Origin: an uncultured Pelagibacteraceae bacterium
Lineage (GTDB): Bacteria; Pseudomonadota; Alphaproteobacteria; Pelagibacterales; Pelagibacteraceae
Length of the DNA: 64,000 nt
Reading direction: 5' to 3'
Assembly: GCA_902593285.1 (NCBI GenBank)
Contig: CACJHW010000003.1
Span: 25,260-89,259 of the forward strand
A program made the translations under genes and the position numbers. A model generated the notes under the pieces. The model saw nothing but the letters and a program-made list of their open reading frames with translations. It was not told the DNA's origin and searched no databases. Below are positions 19,187 through 28,952 of this stretch, piece by piece; positions within the stretch are counted from its first letter, which is position 1, and each line of letters starts with the position of its first letter.

Positions 19187-20605
19187 ATGAACAAATTAAC
19201 AAATACAAAAAATATTAATAATTTTTCTTCTGAAGGCTTTGATTGGAAGCAAGTCCAGAATGAAATGAAAAATAAACTGGGCTCAGAAGTTTATGAAAGC
19301 TGGTTAAAAAAGATTTCTTTTGTAGAGGAATTCAATAATTATTTATTATTATCAGTTCCAACAAGATTTATTAGAGATTGGATTACATCAAGGTATTTAG
19401 ACCAAATATTACAAATAATTAAAGTATATAAAAAAGAAATTATTAGAATTGAGTTCAAAATAATTGAAAAAGCACAAGATATCACTTTGAAAGAGGATAA
19501 TATCAAAGAGAACAATACTAATGAAAATGTTTCATTTATAAAAGATTCTTATCTTCAATATAATCAAATTGATCCAAATAAAAGATTTGATAATTTTATA
19601 ACAGGTTCAAGTAACAAATTAGCTTACGAAGCTTCTTTAAAAGTTTCAGAGAATATATCTCATTATAATCCACTTTATATTTATGGTGGTGTTGGAATGG
19701 GAAAAACTCACTTATTAAATTCAATAGGTTTTGAGCTTAAAAAAAGTAATAAAGTAATGTTTATTTCTGCCGAACGTTTCATGTATCAGTTTGTAAAGTC
19801 AATTAAATCAAACGACATGGTTAAGTTTAAAGAATATTTTAGAAATACAGATATTTTATTAATCGATGATATTCAGTTTATAAGTGGAAAAGAGGCTATG
19901 CAGGAGGAGTTCTTTCATACATTTAACGCATTACTTGATAAGGGATCTCAAATAATTGTGTCAGCTGACCGTGCACCAAACAAATTATCAAGGATTCAAG
20001 AGAGAATTAAATCAAGATTTTCTGGTGGTTTGGTTGTTGATATTCAAAAGCCGGACCTTGAACTAAGAAAAAAAATAGTTGAAAAAAAAACTGAAGAATT
20101 GAATGCTTTGTATACTGAACAATTACAAGTTTCTAGAGAAATTCAAGATTTTATAAGTAATGAAATAATTGGAAGTGTTAGGGAACTAGTTGGTGCAATA
20201 AACAGAGTTGTTTCATTCTCAAGAATTTACAATAAAGTCCCGAATCTTTCTGAAACAAAAATAATTTTAAAGGATTTATTAAATTTAGCGGAAAATAAGG
20301 TTACAATAGATCTAATTCAGACAATTGTTTGTAAGTTTTTTAAAATCAGCAAAAATGAAATGCTATCATCTAGAAGATCAAGATATTTGGTAAGACCTAG
20401 GCAAACAGCAATTTATTTAACTAAAATTTTGACTTCTAAATCATTACCTGAAATTGGAAGGGAATTTTCGAATAGAGACCATACAACAATAATTCATTCA
20501 GTAAAAACTATTGAAAAGATAAAAGAAAAAGATCCTCAGATGGTTGATAATATAAATAAATTAAAAAATCAGATTTTATATAATAATAAAGAAAATGAAA
20601 TTTAA
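19187..20605 (+). CDS. dnaA: chromosomal replication initiator DnaA
   Basis: YNPLYIYGGVGMGKTHL, LLIDDIQF, QEEFFHTFN, RDHTTIIH. Confidence 0.98.
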   Translation: MNKLTNTKNINNFSSEGFDWKQVQNEMKNKLGSEVYESWLKKISFVEEFNNYLLLSVPTRFIRDWITSRYLDQILQIIKVYKKEIIRIEFKIIEKAQDITLKEDNIKENNTNENVSFIKDSYLQYNQIDPNKRFDNFITGSSNKLAYEASLKVSENISHYNPLYIYGGVGMGKTHLLNSIGFELKKSNKVMFISAERFMYQFVKSIKSNDMVKFKEYFRNTDILLIDDIQFISGKEAMQEEFFHTFNALLDKGSQIIVSADRAPNKLSRIQERIKSRFSGGLVVDIQKPDLELRKKIVEKKTEELNALYTEQLQVSREIQDFISNEIIGSVRELVGAINRVVSFSRIYNKVPNLSETKIILKDLLNLAENKVTIDLIQTIVCKFFKISKNEMLSSRRSRYLVRPRQTAIYLTKILTSKSLPEIGREFSNRDHTTIIHSVKTIEKIKEKDPQMVDNINKLKNQILYNNKENEI

Positions 20606-21707
20606 CGTTAATCAACAAGACCTACAGCAAGCATTAAATTATTGCCAAGGTGTCATTGAAAAAAGAAGTACATTACCAATACTTTCTAATATTTTGTTGG
20701 ATGCAAGTAATTCAAGAATTACTATCACCGCAACTGATCTAGATTTAATATTCATACATCATATAAATAATGTAGAAATTTTAGAGGAGGGCAAAACAAC
20801 TACAACTTCCTCAATTATGTATGATATTATAAGAAAGTTTAACTCAGGAAAAAAAATAAATGTTTCTCTAACAGATATAAGTAAATTACAAGTAGAATCT
20901 GAAAAATCTATTTTTAAATTGAATTGCATTAGCGCAACAGAGTTTCCTTTAACAGATGAAAACTTTAATCAAAATGAATTTATAATTAAATCAAAACAAT
21001 TATTGAAATTATTAAATAAGTGTAAATTTTCAGTTTCTAACGATGAAACAAGGCATTATCTGAGTGGAATTTATTTTCATCAAACAGAAGTTGAAGATAA
21101 AAATTATTTAACAGCAGCTGCAACTGATAGTCATAGAATGTCTATTTCAAAAACTAGATTAGAGCAAAAAATTGATTTTGATCCAATAATTTTACCCAAA
21201 AAAACAATTTTTCAACTTAGTTCTTTATTAGATAGTTACGATGGAGATGTTAAAGTTTCAAATGTGAAATCAAAAATAAAATTTGAATTAAATAATAGTA
21301 TTTTAATTTCAAAACTTATTGATGGAAAATTTCCCAATTACATTCAGGTTATACCTAAAAATAATCAAAAAAAATTAGAAATAGATTTGAAATTATTTTT
21401 AAATTCTGTTGATAGAGTAGCATCTGTTTCATTAGATAAAAAAGATGGTGTGAAATTTAATTTATCTAAAGACACTCTAGATCTTTCGGTAAATAATACT
21501 AATAGTGGTGATGGTAAAGAAACTTTAAATGTTAACTTTGATCATGAATTAGAGATAAGTTTTAACTCTAGATATTTGATTGATGTTGCCTCACAACTAG
21601 ATGGAGACAAAGTTGAAATTTTCTTTAATGATACTGGTTCACCAGCTTTAATAAAAGACCCGAGTGATTTTGATAGTATTTTTGTTGTTATGCCTATGAA
21701 GGGCTAA
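20595..21707 (+). CDS. dnaN: DNA polymerase III beta clamp
   Basis: TLPILSN, ATDLD, SNDETRHYL.G, ATDSHR, VVMPMK. Confidence 0.97.
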   Translation: MKFNVNQQDLQQALNYCQGVIEKRSTLPILSNILLDASNSRITITATDLDLIFIHHINNVEILEEGKTTTTSSIMYDIIRKFNSGKKINVSLTDISKLQVESEKSIFKLNCISATEFPLTDENFNQNEFIIKSKQLLKLLNKCKFSVSNDETRHYLSGIYFHQTEVEDKNYLTAAATDSHRMSISKTRLEQKIDFDPIILPKKTIFQLSSLLDSYDGDVKVSNVKSKIKFELNNSILISKLIDGKFPNYIQVIPKNNQKKLEIDLKLFLNSVDRVASVSLDKKDGVKFNLSKDTLDLSVNNTNSGDGKETLNVNFDHELEISFNSRYLIDVASQLDGDKVEIFFNDTGSPALIKDPSDFDSIFVVMPMKG

Positions 21708-22405
21708 CTAATTAAGTCTAACTCTGAATAAATATTTTTTTCAAGAATTTGAATAAAATTTTCCTTTGTTAACCCAGAGGGAATTGGTTTTAGAATAGAG
21801 ATTGTAATCGTTTTATTTGATTTCTTTTCCCCTTTTTTAGGCCACACATATCCAGAATTAATTGCAACTGGCTGACAAGCAACATTTAACTCTTCATAGA
21901 TTCTAGAAGCACCTTTTTTAAAAGGTGGTCTTTCATCTGGAAGGACTCTAGTTCCTTGAGGAAAAATAATTAAAGGTCTATTAGAAGTAGCCATCATTTT
22001 TGAAATATCATCAAAAAAACCCAAGTTATCTTTTGTAACTTTGTTTCTTTTTATTGAAATTGATCCTATTTTTTTTAAGTACCAACCAAATATTGGAATT
22101 AACAATAATTCTTTTTTTAGAATAAATACAGGTGAGTTAAAGATTGTTTGTAAGTAAAAAGTTTCAAACATTGATTGATGAGATGCTGCTATAAAAAATT
22201 TTTCATTATTAATAATATTTCCCTTTCCTTTGATTGAAATTTTTACTGAAAGAATAAACCTTAAACAAAAACTGGCCCAATGGCCCATTAATTTACCTCC
22301 TACCAAAACAACCTGTTTAGGTAAAAAAAATGATGGTAAAAAAATTATCGAAATAAAAATGATTCCAGTGAAAAATAATATTGAAAATAAAAAGTTTCTT
22401 ATCAT
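21704..22405 (-). CDS. plsC: 1-acyl-sn-glycerol-3-phosphate acyltransferase (PlsC family)
   Basis: SHQSMFET, ILKKEL..IPIFGW, IFPQGTR; start may be TTG 22414. Confidence 0.8.
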   Translation of the reverse strand: MIRNFLFSILFFTGIIFISIIFLPSFFLPKQVVLVGGKLMGHWASFCLRFILSVKISIKGKGNIINNEKFFIAASHQSMFETFYLQTIFNSPVFILKKELLLIPIFGWYLKKIGSISIKRNKVTKDNLGFFDDISKMMATSNRPLIIFPQGTRVLPDERPPFKKGASRIYEELNVACQPVAINSGYVWPKKGEKKSNKTITISILKPIPSGLTKENFIQILEKNIYSELDLIS

Positions 22406-22417
22406 TTTTGTCAAAAG

Positions 22418-23632
22418 CTAAATTATATCTTTATGCTTTTGTCTTTTTCTTATTACTTTAATTTTTGATCCCTTTATTAATAATTCCACTGGTTTAGGTC
22501 TTAAATTATAATTTGAGCTAAGCGACATTCCATAAGCTCCCACATCACATATTGCTATTAAATCTTTTTCTTTCAACACTTGAAACTTTTTTAATGTAAT
22601 AAATTTATCTGTACTTTCACAAATAGGACCTACAAATTCATATGGTTTTTTTGATGTTTTGTTAGATTTTGTAACAGGTAAGGTTTTATGAAACGCACCA
22701 TACAAAGCAGGTCTCATTAAATCGTTCATTGCGGCATCTAAAATGATAAATTTTTTACTTCCACTATCTTTTATATAGATTATTTTTGACACTAATGTGC
22801 CTGTATCACCAATAATTGATCTACCTGGCTCAAATATAATTTTAACTTTATGTTTTCTTAAAAATTTAAGAATAGCTGTGTTGTATTTTTTATAATTAAG
22901 TTTTTTATTTTTATCAGTGTAAGTAATACCCATACCTCCACCTAAATCTATAAATTCAAATTTATTATTTGTTTTATTGAGAATTTGACTTACCGCTTTA
23001 AGCATTTTTTCATAAGGTCTATGGTCTAAAATTTGACTGCCTATATGAACGCTTAGACATTTTAAATCAATATTTTTTGAATTATTGCAATAATTTATAA
23101 TTTCATAGAATGTATTTTTATTTACACCAAATTTATTTTCTTTTTTCCCAGTTGATATTTGGCTTAATGTTTTTGCATCAGTATTAGGGTTTAGTCTTAC
23201 ACCAATTTTTATTCTTTTATTTTTTGATTTTGCTATTCGATTTATTTCTTTTATTTCACTTAAAGACTCTGCGTTAATAAGCAATATTTTTTTATCAATA
23301 GCAAAGCTGATTTCACTTGTTGTTTTACCAACGCCAGAAAATACTATTTTGCTTGGATTAATTCCTGCTTTTAGTGCCATCATCAGTTCTCCTACTGAGA
23401 CAACATCAGCACCTAATCCAAATTTTTTAATTTCTCTAATTATATTTACATTTGTGTTGGATTTGACTGCAAAGCAGATAAGTGGTGAAAAAGATTTAAA
23501 GCTTTTTTTAAAATTATTAATATTTTCTTTTAATTTAGAATAAGAATAAGAATAAAATGGAGTTCCAAATTTAGTTGCAATTTTTTGGAGACTAATTTTT
23601 TCTATTGTTAATCTTCTATTTATGTATTTCAT
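22418..23632 (-). CDS. lysA: diaminopimelate decarboxylase
   Basis: FAVKSN, HIGSQI, DLGGG, EPGR, GPICES, GAYG. Confidence 0.95.
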   Translation of the reverse strand: MKYINRRLTIEKISLQKIATKFGTPFYSYSYSKLKENINNFKKSFKSFSPLICFAVKSNTNVNIIREIKKFGLGADVVSVGELMMALKAGINPSKIVFSGVGKTTSEISFAIDKKILLINAESLSEIKEINRIAKSKNKRIKIGVRLNPNTDAKTLSQISTGKKENKFGVNKNTFYEIINYCNNSKNIDLKCLSVHIGSQILDHRPYEKMLKAVSQILNKTNNKFEFIDLGGGMGITYTDKNKKLNYKKYNTAILKFLRKHKVKIIFEPGRSIIGDTGTLVSKIIYIKDSGSKKFIILDAAMNDLMRPALYGAFHKTLPVTKSNKTSKKPYEFVGPICESTDKFITLKKFQVLKEKDLIAICDVGAYGMSLSSNYNLRPKPVELLIKGSKIKVIRKRQKHKDII

Positions 23633-23763
23633 TAAGTTAAGTTAATTGAAACTTTATTTATTTCTGCTTTTTTATCTGGATCTACGTATTTAGGATCACC
23701 TTTCTTTCCACAAGAAATAACTACACAAAATAACAATATAATTATGGTAAATTTTTTTATCAT
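23632..23763 (-). CDS. 43-aa lipoprotein, LptM/YifL/LppL-like (not in ORF track)
   Basis: MIKKFTIIILLFCVVISCGKKGDPKYVDPDKKAEINKVSINLT; lipobox plus CGxKG motif; ATGA overlap with argH and TAATG overlap with lysA. Confidence 0.85.
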   Translation of the reverse strand: MIKKFTIIILLFCVVISCGKKGDPKYVDPDKKAEINKVSINLT

Positions 23764-25151
23764 TTTACTTTTTTATATTTCATTATCATTTTTTTAATAT
23801 TATCAAAAGAAGTTCCACCATAAGATTTTTTCGAATTAATTGAATTTTTTAAGTTAAATACTTTCAATACATCTTCTTTAAGTTTAGGTTCAATTTTTTT
23901 TAACTCATCTAAAGTTAATTCATTTAACTTTTTTTTTCTTTTTTCAGCAAAATTAACTATAGCAGCAGTTTTTTGATATGCTTTTCTAAACGACATTGAG
24001 TGATTTTTTACAAGATAGTCAGCCAAATCAGTTGCTGTAATGTATCCAGAATTAGCAAGTTCTAACATTTTACTCTTATTTGGGTTGCAATTTTTTAGTA
24101 CTTCATCAAAAATTTTTAAACAATTATTAAGATTATCGTTTGATTTAAAAACAATTTCTTTGTCGTCTTGTAAATCTTTAAAATAAGACAATGGTAAACC
24201 TTTTAAAATTGTAAGCATCGAAAATAAATTTCCATAAGCGCTTCCTGATTTTCCACGCAAATATTCTAAAAGATCAGGATTCTTCTTTTGTGGCATTATC
24301 GATGATCCAGTAACAACTTTATCAGATAAATTGATTAAGTTAAAACCATCAGAATTCCAAATAATTAACTCTTCAGCAATTCTAGAAATATGCATAGCAC
24401 ACACAGATGAAGCATATAAAAAATCTAGAACAAAATCTCTATCCGAAACTGTATCAATAGAATTATTTGTAGGTATTTTAAAACCAAGTTTTTTGGTTGT
24501 ATAATTTCTATCTATATTAAATGATGTTCCTGCTAAAGCTGCAACACCTAGAGGATTTTCATTTAAACTGTTTAAATTATTAGAAAATCTCTTTTTGTCT
24601 CTATTAAACATTTCTACATAAGACATTAAATAATGTGCAAAAGAGATAGCTTGGGCATTTTTAAGATGTGTAAAACCAGGCATGATAGTCTCAACATTTT
24701 TTTCAGCTAACTTGATTGTGCTTTTAATAACTTTATTAATATTGCTATTTATTTCGTTGGTCGAATTTTTCATCCAAATTTTAAAATCAGTAATTACTTG
24801 ATCATTTCTTGATCTTGCAGTGTGAACATAGCCAGCTTCTTCACCTATTATTTGAAAAAGTCTTTTTTCGATATTCATATGAATATCTTCATATTTTTTA
24901 TTAAACTCAAATTTATTTTTTGCGATTTCCTTATCAATTTTTGTTAGTCCATAAATAATTTTATTTTTTATTTTAAATGAAATTATTTTTTGCTTAAAAA
25001 GCATCTCAACATGAGCAATTGATCCTTGAATATCTTCTTTATAAAGTCTTTTATCAATATCTATTGAATTACCGACTTTTTGAAACAAACTTGACGCATT
25101 TTTTTTTATCCGTGTGTTCCAGATTGCTTGGTTGTTTTTATTTTTTGCCAT
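23760..25151 (-). CDS. argH: argininosuccinate lyase
   Basis: EDIHMNIE, HTARSRNDQV, MPGFTHL, GSSIMPQKKNPD. Confidence 0.97.
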   Translation of the reverse strand: MAKNKNNQAIWNTRIKKNASSLFQKVGNSIDIDKRLYKEDIQGSIAHVEMLFKQKIISFKIKNKIIYGLTKIDKEIAKNKFEFNKKYEDIHMNIEKRLFQIIGEEAGYVHTARSRNDQVITDFKIWMKNSTNEINSNINKVIKSTIKLAEKNVETIMPGFTHLKNAQAISFAHYLMSYVEMFNRDKKRFSNNLNSLNENPLGVAALAGTSFNIDRNYTTKKLGFKIPTNNSIDTVSDRDFVLDFLYASSVCAMHISRIAEELIIWNSDGFNLINLSDKVVTGSSIMPQKKNPDLLEYLRGKSGSAYGNLFSMLTILKGLPLSYFKDLQDDKEIVFKSNDNLNNCLKIFDEVLKNCNPNKSKMLELANSGYITATDLADYLVKNHSMSFRKAYQKTAAIVNFAEKRKKKLNELTLDELKKIEPKLKEDVLKVFNLKNSINSKKSYGGTSFDNIKKMIMKYKKVK

Positions 25152-25175
25152 GATATTTAATTATACCTATTTAAC

Positions 25176-25685
25176 ATGAGATTTTTAATAATATTTATTT
25201 TTTTGATAACAAATGTTGTAGCTGAAGAACTACCTGGTATTAAAAATATTGTAATCCATAAAATACCAAAAACACATGATAATGTTATTTTTTTAGACAA
25301 AAATGATCAAAAAATTAACATCAATGAATATAATGGGAACTTATTGATATTAAATTTTTGGGCGACTTGGTGTGAACCTTGTAAAGAAGAAATGCCATCT
25401 TTAGATAAACTCCAAGTCAACCCAGAATTGGATAATATAAAAATTTTCGCAATTAATATTGGGAAAGAAACTTTAGGTAAAGTTAATAAATTTTTTATAG
25501 ATCTCAACATTAAAAATTTTGAACCTTATTTTGATCCACCTACTACATTAGCAAAAATGTTTTCTTTAAGAGGTGTCCCTACAACAATTCTAATTAATAA
25601 AGAGGGCCAAGAATTTGCTAGAGTAATAGGTTCAATTGATTTTGAAGATAAAAATTTTATTAATTGGATAAAAAAATATAACTAA
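25176..25685 (+). CDS. TlpA-family thiol:disulfide oxidoreductase
   Basis: LNFWATWCEPCKEEMPSL, GVPTT; divergent from argH. Confidence 0.9.
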   Translation: MRFLIIFIFLITNVVAEELPGIKNIVIHKIPKTHDNVIFLDKNDQKININEYNGNLLILNFWATWCEPCKEEMPSLDKLQVNPELDNIKIFAINIGKETLGKVNKFFIDLNIKNFEPYFDPPTTLAKMFSLRGVPTTILINKEGQEFARVIGSIDFEDKNFINWIKKYN

Positions 25686-25885
25686 TTTTTAAAAAAATAA
25701 GCAAAGCCAACTAAAGCAATAATAGCAATAAACTGTAAAATAACTCTTAACTGCATTAATTTATTTGAATATTTTTTACTTGTCTCTCCTCCTTTAAAAA
25801 GAGTCCCTATACCTAAGATTAAAACTATCCCTACGGCTATCAAAAGAGCTATTGACAAAACTTTTACTAATATTCCTGAAATCAT
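25682..25885 (-). CDS. twin-transmembrane-helix small protein (HIG1 family)
   Basis: Two hydrophobic helices flanking SNKLMQLRVILQ. Confidence 0.85.
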   Translation of the reverse strand: MISGILVKVLSIALLIAVGIVLILGIGTLFKGGETSKKYSNKLMQLRVILQFIAIIALVGFAYFFKN

Positions 25886-25934
25886 TTTTTTATTTTAGAT
25901 TGTGTTTTGACATAAAAAACATAATTTATCTACT

Positions 25935-26585
25935 ATGACATTTTGCCTAGATTCCATAATTATTAAACCAGAAAATGGTGCTGAAATTAAAAAAGCAATT
26001 ATTTTGCTTCATGGTTATGGAGGTGATGGAAAGGATATTAGCATGCTGTCTTTAAACTGGAAAAGACATATGCCCAATACAGTCTTTATCTGTCCTAATG
26101 GTCATGAGCCATGCTCTATAAATCCTTCTGGTTATCAGTGGTTTGATTTAACAAAAGATGATTCTGATTACATATTAGAGCAATCAATTAAGGCTGAAGA
26201 AGTTTTAAAAAAATTTATTAATGAAATAAAACAAGAGTTCAAATTATCAAACAATCAAATCTGTTTATCAGGATTCAGCCAGGGATGTATGATGTCTTTA
26301 AATGTTGGTCTTACAGCTGAAGAAAAATTTTTATGTATAGTTGGTTTTTCTGGAAAGATAATAAATCAAAAGGATTTAAAAAACAGAATCAAAAATAATA
26401 CTGAAACATTACTTATACATGGCGATGCTGATCAAATTGTCTCATCAACACATTTACTAGAAGCAAAAGATTTTTTAATTAGAAACAATGTTAAAGTTGA
26501 TACATTACTAATAAAAAATTGTGATCATCATATTCCTATTGAGGCATCAAGTACAGCTTTAAATTTTATTTTAAAAAAAATTTAA
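25935..26585 (+). CDS. phospholipase/carboxylesterase (alpha/beta hydrolase)
   Basis: LLHGYG, GYQWF, GFSQG, IHGDADQIV. Confidence 0.88.
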   Translation: MTFCLDSIIIKPENGAEIKKAIILLHGYGGDGKDISMLSLNWKRHMPNTVFICPNGHEPCSINPSGYQWFDLTKDDSDYILEQSIKAEEVLKKFINEIKQEFKLSNNQICLSGFSQGCMMSLNVGLTAEEKFLCIVGFSGKIINQKDLKNRIKNNTETLLIHGDADQIVSSTHLLEAKDFLIRNNVKVDTLLIKNCDHHIPIEASSTALNFILKKI

Positions 26586-26632
26586 CATCTCTTATTATTG
26601 ATAAAATTGTTTAACTAAGTTAAAATTAATTA

Positions 26633-27202
26633 ATGGATAATTTTATTGAACAAAATGTTTCATTAGAAAAGTGCCCTGCGCTAGTACTCAATGCAGACTA
26701 TAGACCTTTGAGTTACTACCCTTTGTCTTTATGGTCATGGCAGGATACTGTTAAATCAGTTTTTCTTGATAGAGTTATTATTGTTAGTAATTACGATAGA
26801 ACAATAAGAAGTCCATCATTTAATATGAAATTACCAAGTGTCATCGCATTAAAGGATTATATCGTTCCTCAAAGCAAGCCGAGTTTTACTAGATTTAATG
26901 TGTTTTTAAGAGATAAATTTTCCTGTCAATATTGCGGAAGTAACGAAGAGTTAACTTTTGATCATCTATTACCTAGATCAAAAGGAGGCGAGACTAATTG
27001 GGATAATGTTGTAACAGCTTGTTCTGCATGCAATGTGAAAAAGGGAGGAAAACTATTAAAACATTCAGGTATGAAGCTGCATCAGTACCCTTATCGACCA
27101 TCAACAGAGGATCTACATAAGAATGGTAAAAATTTTCCACCAAATTTTTTACATAAAAGCTGGATGGATTACTTATATTGGGATGTAGAACTAGAATCTT
27201 AA
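26633..27202 (+). CDS. HNH endonuclease family protein
   Basis: ALVLNADYRPL, RFNVFLRD..CQYCG, LTFDH..P.SKGG..W.NVVTAC..CN..K. Confidence 0.9.
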   Translation: MDNFIEQNVSLEKCPALVLNADYRPLSYYPLSLWSWQDTVKSVFLDRVIIVSNYDRTIRSPSFNMKLPSVIALKDYIVPQSKPSFTRFNVFLRDKFSCQYCGSNEELTFDHLLPRSKGGETNWDNVVTACSACNVKKGGKLLKHSGMKLHQYPYRPSTEDLHKNGKNFPPNFLHKSWMDYLYWDVELES

Positions 27203-27732
27203 ATTTTCTCAGAAATATTTATTGCAATTTTTGATCCAGTTTTAATAATTTTATCTAATATAGAGTATGGACCTTCTTTTGTAGCCCCTTTTTCATAGGC
27301 AATATCTTTATGACTTAATTCATCTTCTCTAAATTTAATTATTTTTTTTTTAAGTTTTGATTCACTATTATCAAGTTGTTTTATTTGGTTTAAATAATGC
27401 TCATCTATCACTTCTTCAACGGAAGCAGTGCAAAGCATAGCTGCTTTCTTACCAAGTAAAGTTGAACCAAAACCCAACCCTACACCTAATAAATCCCATA
27501 AGGGTAAAAATTTTGTCGGTTTTATATTTCTTTTTTTAATTTCTTCTTCAAAAAAATTAGAATGTTCTTTTTCATGAACTTTCATTTCTTCAATTGTTTT
27601 TTTTAAAGCTTCATCTTTAACTAGTGTGTTTAGAGCAAGTAATTGTCCCTCATAAATTTTAACAGCACCACGCTCCCCAGCATGATCAACTCTAATAAAT
27701 TCTTCTATTTTCTTTTTATTTATTGTTGTCAT
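27199..27732 (-). CDS. coq7: demethoxyubiquinone hydroxylase (Coq7 family)
   Basis: IRVDHAGERGA..IY.GQ, E..H, VEEVI.EHY, DE..H di-iron motifs. Confidence 0.9.
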   Translation of the reverse strand: MTTINKKKIEEFIRVDHAGERGAVKIYEGQLLALNTLVKDEALKKTIEEMKVHEKEHSNFFEEEIKKRNIKPTKFLPLWDLLGVGLGFGSTLLGKKAAMLCTASVEEVIDEHYLNQIKQLDNSESKLKKKIIKFREDELSHKDIAYEKGATKEGPYSILDKIIKTGSKIAINISEKI

Positions 27733-28201
27733 AGTTTAAATAAGATCTTGTTGTAAAATATACTATTAATATTGATATTATAATGTTGTAACTTGTAAGT
27801 GATAATCCTAAAATTTTAAATGTAACATCTTTGCAGCTTACATTCTTTTCTTGTAACTGTCTTAATATATCTTCTTTTGATAGTAAATTAGAGCCATTTT
27901 TTAAATCGCAAACCAATGATTCTTCTATAAAACCTTGCTCAATACCTAAATGATATAGAGATAAAATAGTAGCAGCTAAAAAAATTAAAATAAGAGAAAG
28001 AATGAAATATTTTTCAAGTTTTTTAAATTTATAATTTAATACAATAATTATTAATGCTAATAGGTATGGAATTCTTTCCAATATACACAAGTTACAAGGT
28101 TGATGACCCAAAATATATTCAATAAAAAATGCTGAAGATAAAGCAATAATACTAATTAAAAAAATTAATTTTAATGTAATTGTTTTGTTAAGCTCAACCA
28201 T
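27716..28201 (-). CDS. dsbB: disulfide bond formation protein B family
   Basis: PCNLCILERIPY, YH.GIE, second Cys pair, 4 TM segments. Confidence 0.85.
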   Translation of the reverse strand: MVELNKTITLKLIFLISIIALSSAFFIEYILGHQPCNLCILERIPYLLALIIIVLNYKFKKLEKYFILSLILIFLAATILSLYHLGIEQGFIEESLVCDLKNGSNLLSKEDILRQLQEKNVSCKDVTFKILGLSLTSYNIIISILIVYFTTRSYLNYDNNK

Positions 28202-28799
28202 TAAATTTCAAAAATAAATAAATAATAATAAATATTATAACTATAATAATTCCAATTATGGTGAACCATTTTGATCCATGTTTTTCCATGTACTCTGTAA
28301 ATAATTCTCCAAATTTATAAGACAAATAGGCAACTATAAAAAATCTCAGACTTCTTGAAATTAAACTAACAATTATAAAAACAGGAAGATTAAAAGCAAT
28401 TAAACCACTTGAAATCGTAAAGGCTTTGTAAGGTAATGGAGTAAAGCCCGCTAAAAAAAGAATACTCAGCCATGCAAGGAATCCACTCTCTTGAGACATG
28501 CTTAATTTTAAATTTTCGACTTTATCTTGATAACCATAAAATTCGATTAGATACATTGCTAAATCTAAAAATAAATAACCGATTAAATATCCAAAAATTC
28601 CTCCAAGAACTGAAAATATTGATGCTATTAAAAATATTTTAAGATATTCCTTTTTTTTAGCAATAACCATTGGGATTATCATTGCATCTGGAGGTATAGG
28701 AAAAAAAGAACTTTCTATAAAAGATACAAGCCCTAAATAAAAATTTGAACTTTTATGTGCAGCTAATTCTAAACATTTTTTGTAAAGTGTCTGAAACAT
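28194..28799 (-). CDS. YqaA/DedA family membrane protein
   Basis: SFIESSFFPIPPD, GFTPLPYK, SRSLRFF. Confidence 0.88.
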   Translation of the reverse strand: MFQTLYKKCLELAAHKSSNFYLGLVSFIESSFFPIPPDAMIIPMVIAKKKEYLKIFLIASIFSVLGGIFGYLIGYLFLDLAMYLIEFYGYQDKVENLKLSMSQESGFLAWLSILFLAGFTPLPYKAFTISSGLIAFNLPVFIIVSLISRSLRFFIVAYLSYKFGELFTEYMEKHGSKWFTIIGIIIVIIFIIIYLFLKFNG

Positions 28800-28860
28800 T
28801 TTTTGGTTTTAATATAAATTTAGTTCTTATACTATTAAATATAATTTAATTGAATACCAA

Positions 28861-28945
28861 GGGCGAATGGCGGAACTGGTAGACGCGCACGACTCAAAAT
28901 CGTGTTTCGCAAGAAGTGAGAGTTCGATTCTCTCTTCGCCCACCA
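28861..28945 (+). tRNA. tRNA-Leu(CAA)
   Basis: Acceptor GGGCGAA/TTCGCCC, anticodon arm CACGA-CTCAAAA-TCGTG, long variable arm, GTTCGATTC T loop, encoded CCA. Confidence 0.96.
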
Positions 28946-28952
28946 AGAAACT

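Noticed and set aside
26633-27202. HNH nuclease as a homing, mobile or defence element
   Set aside because: Resembles the conserved chromosomal alphaproteobacterial HNH family; no intron, methylase or mobility genes nearby
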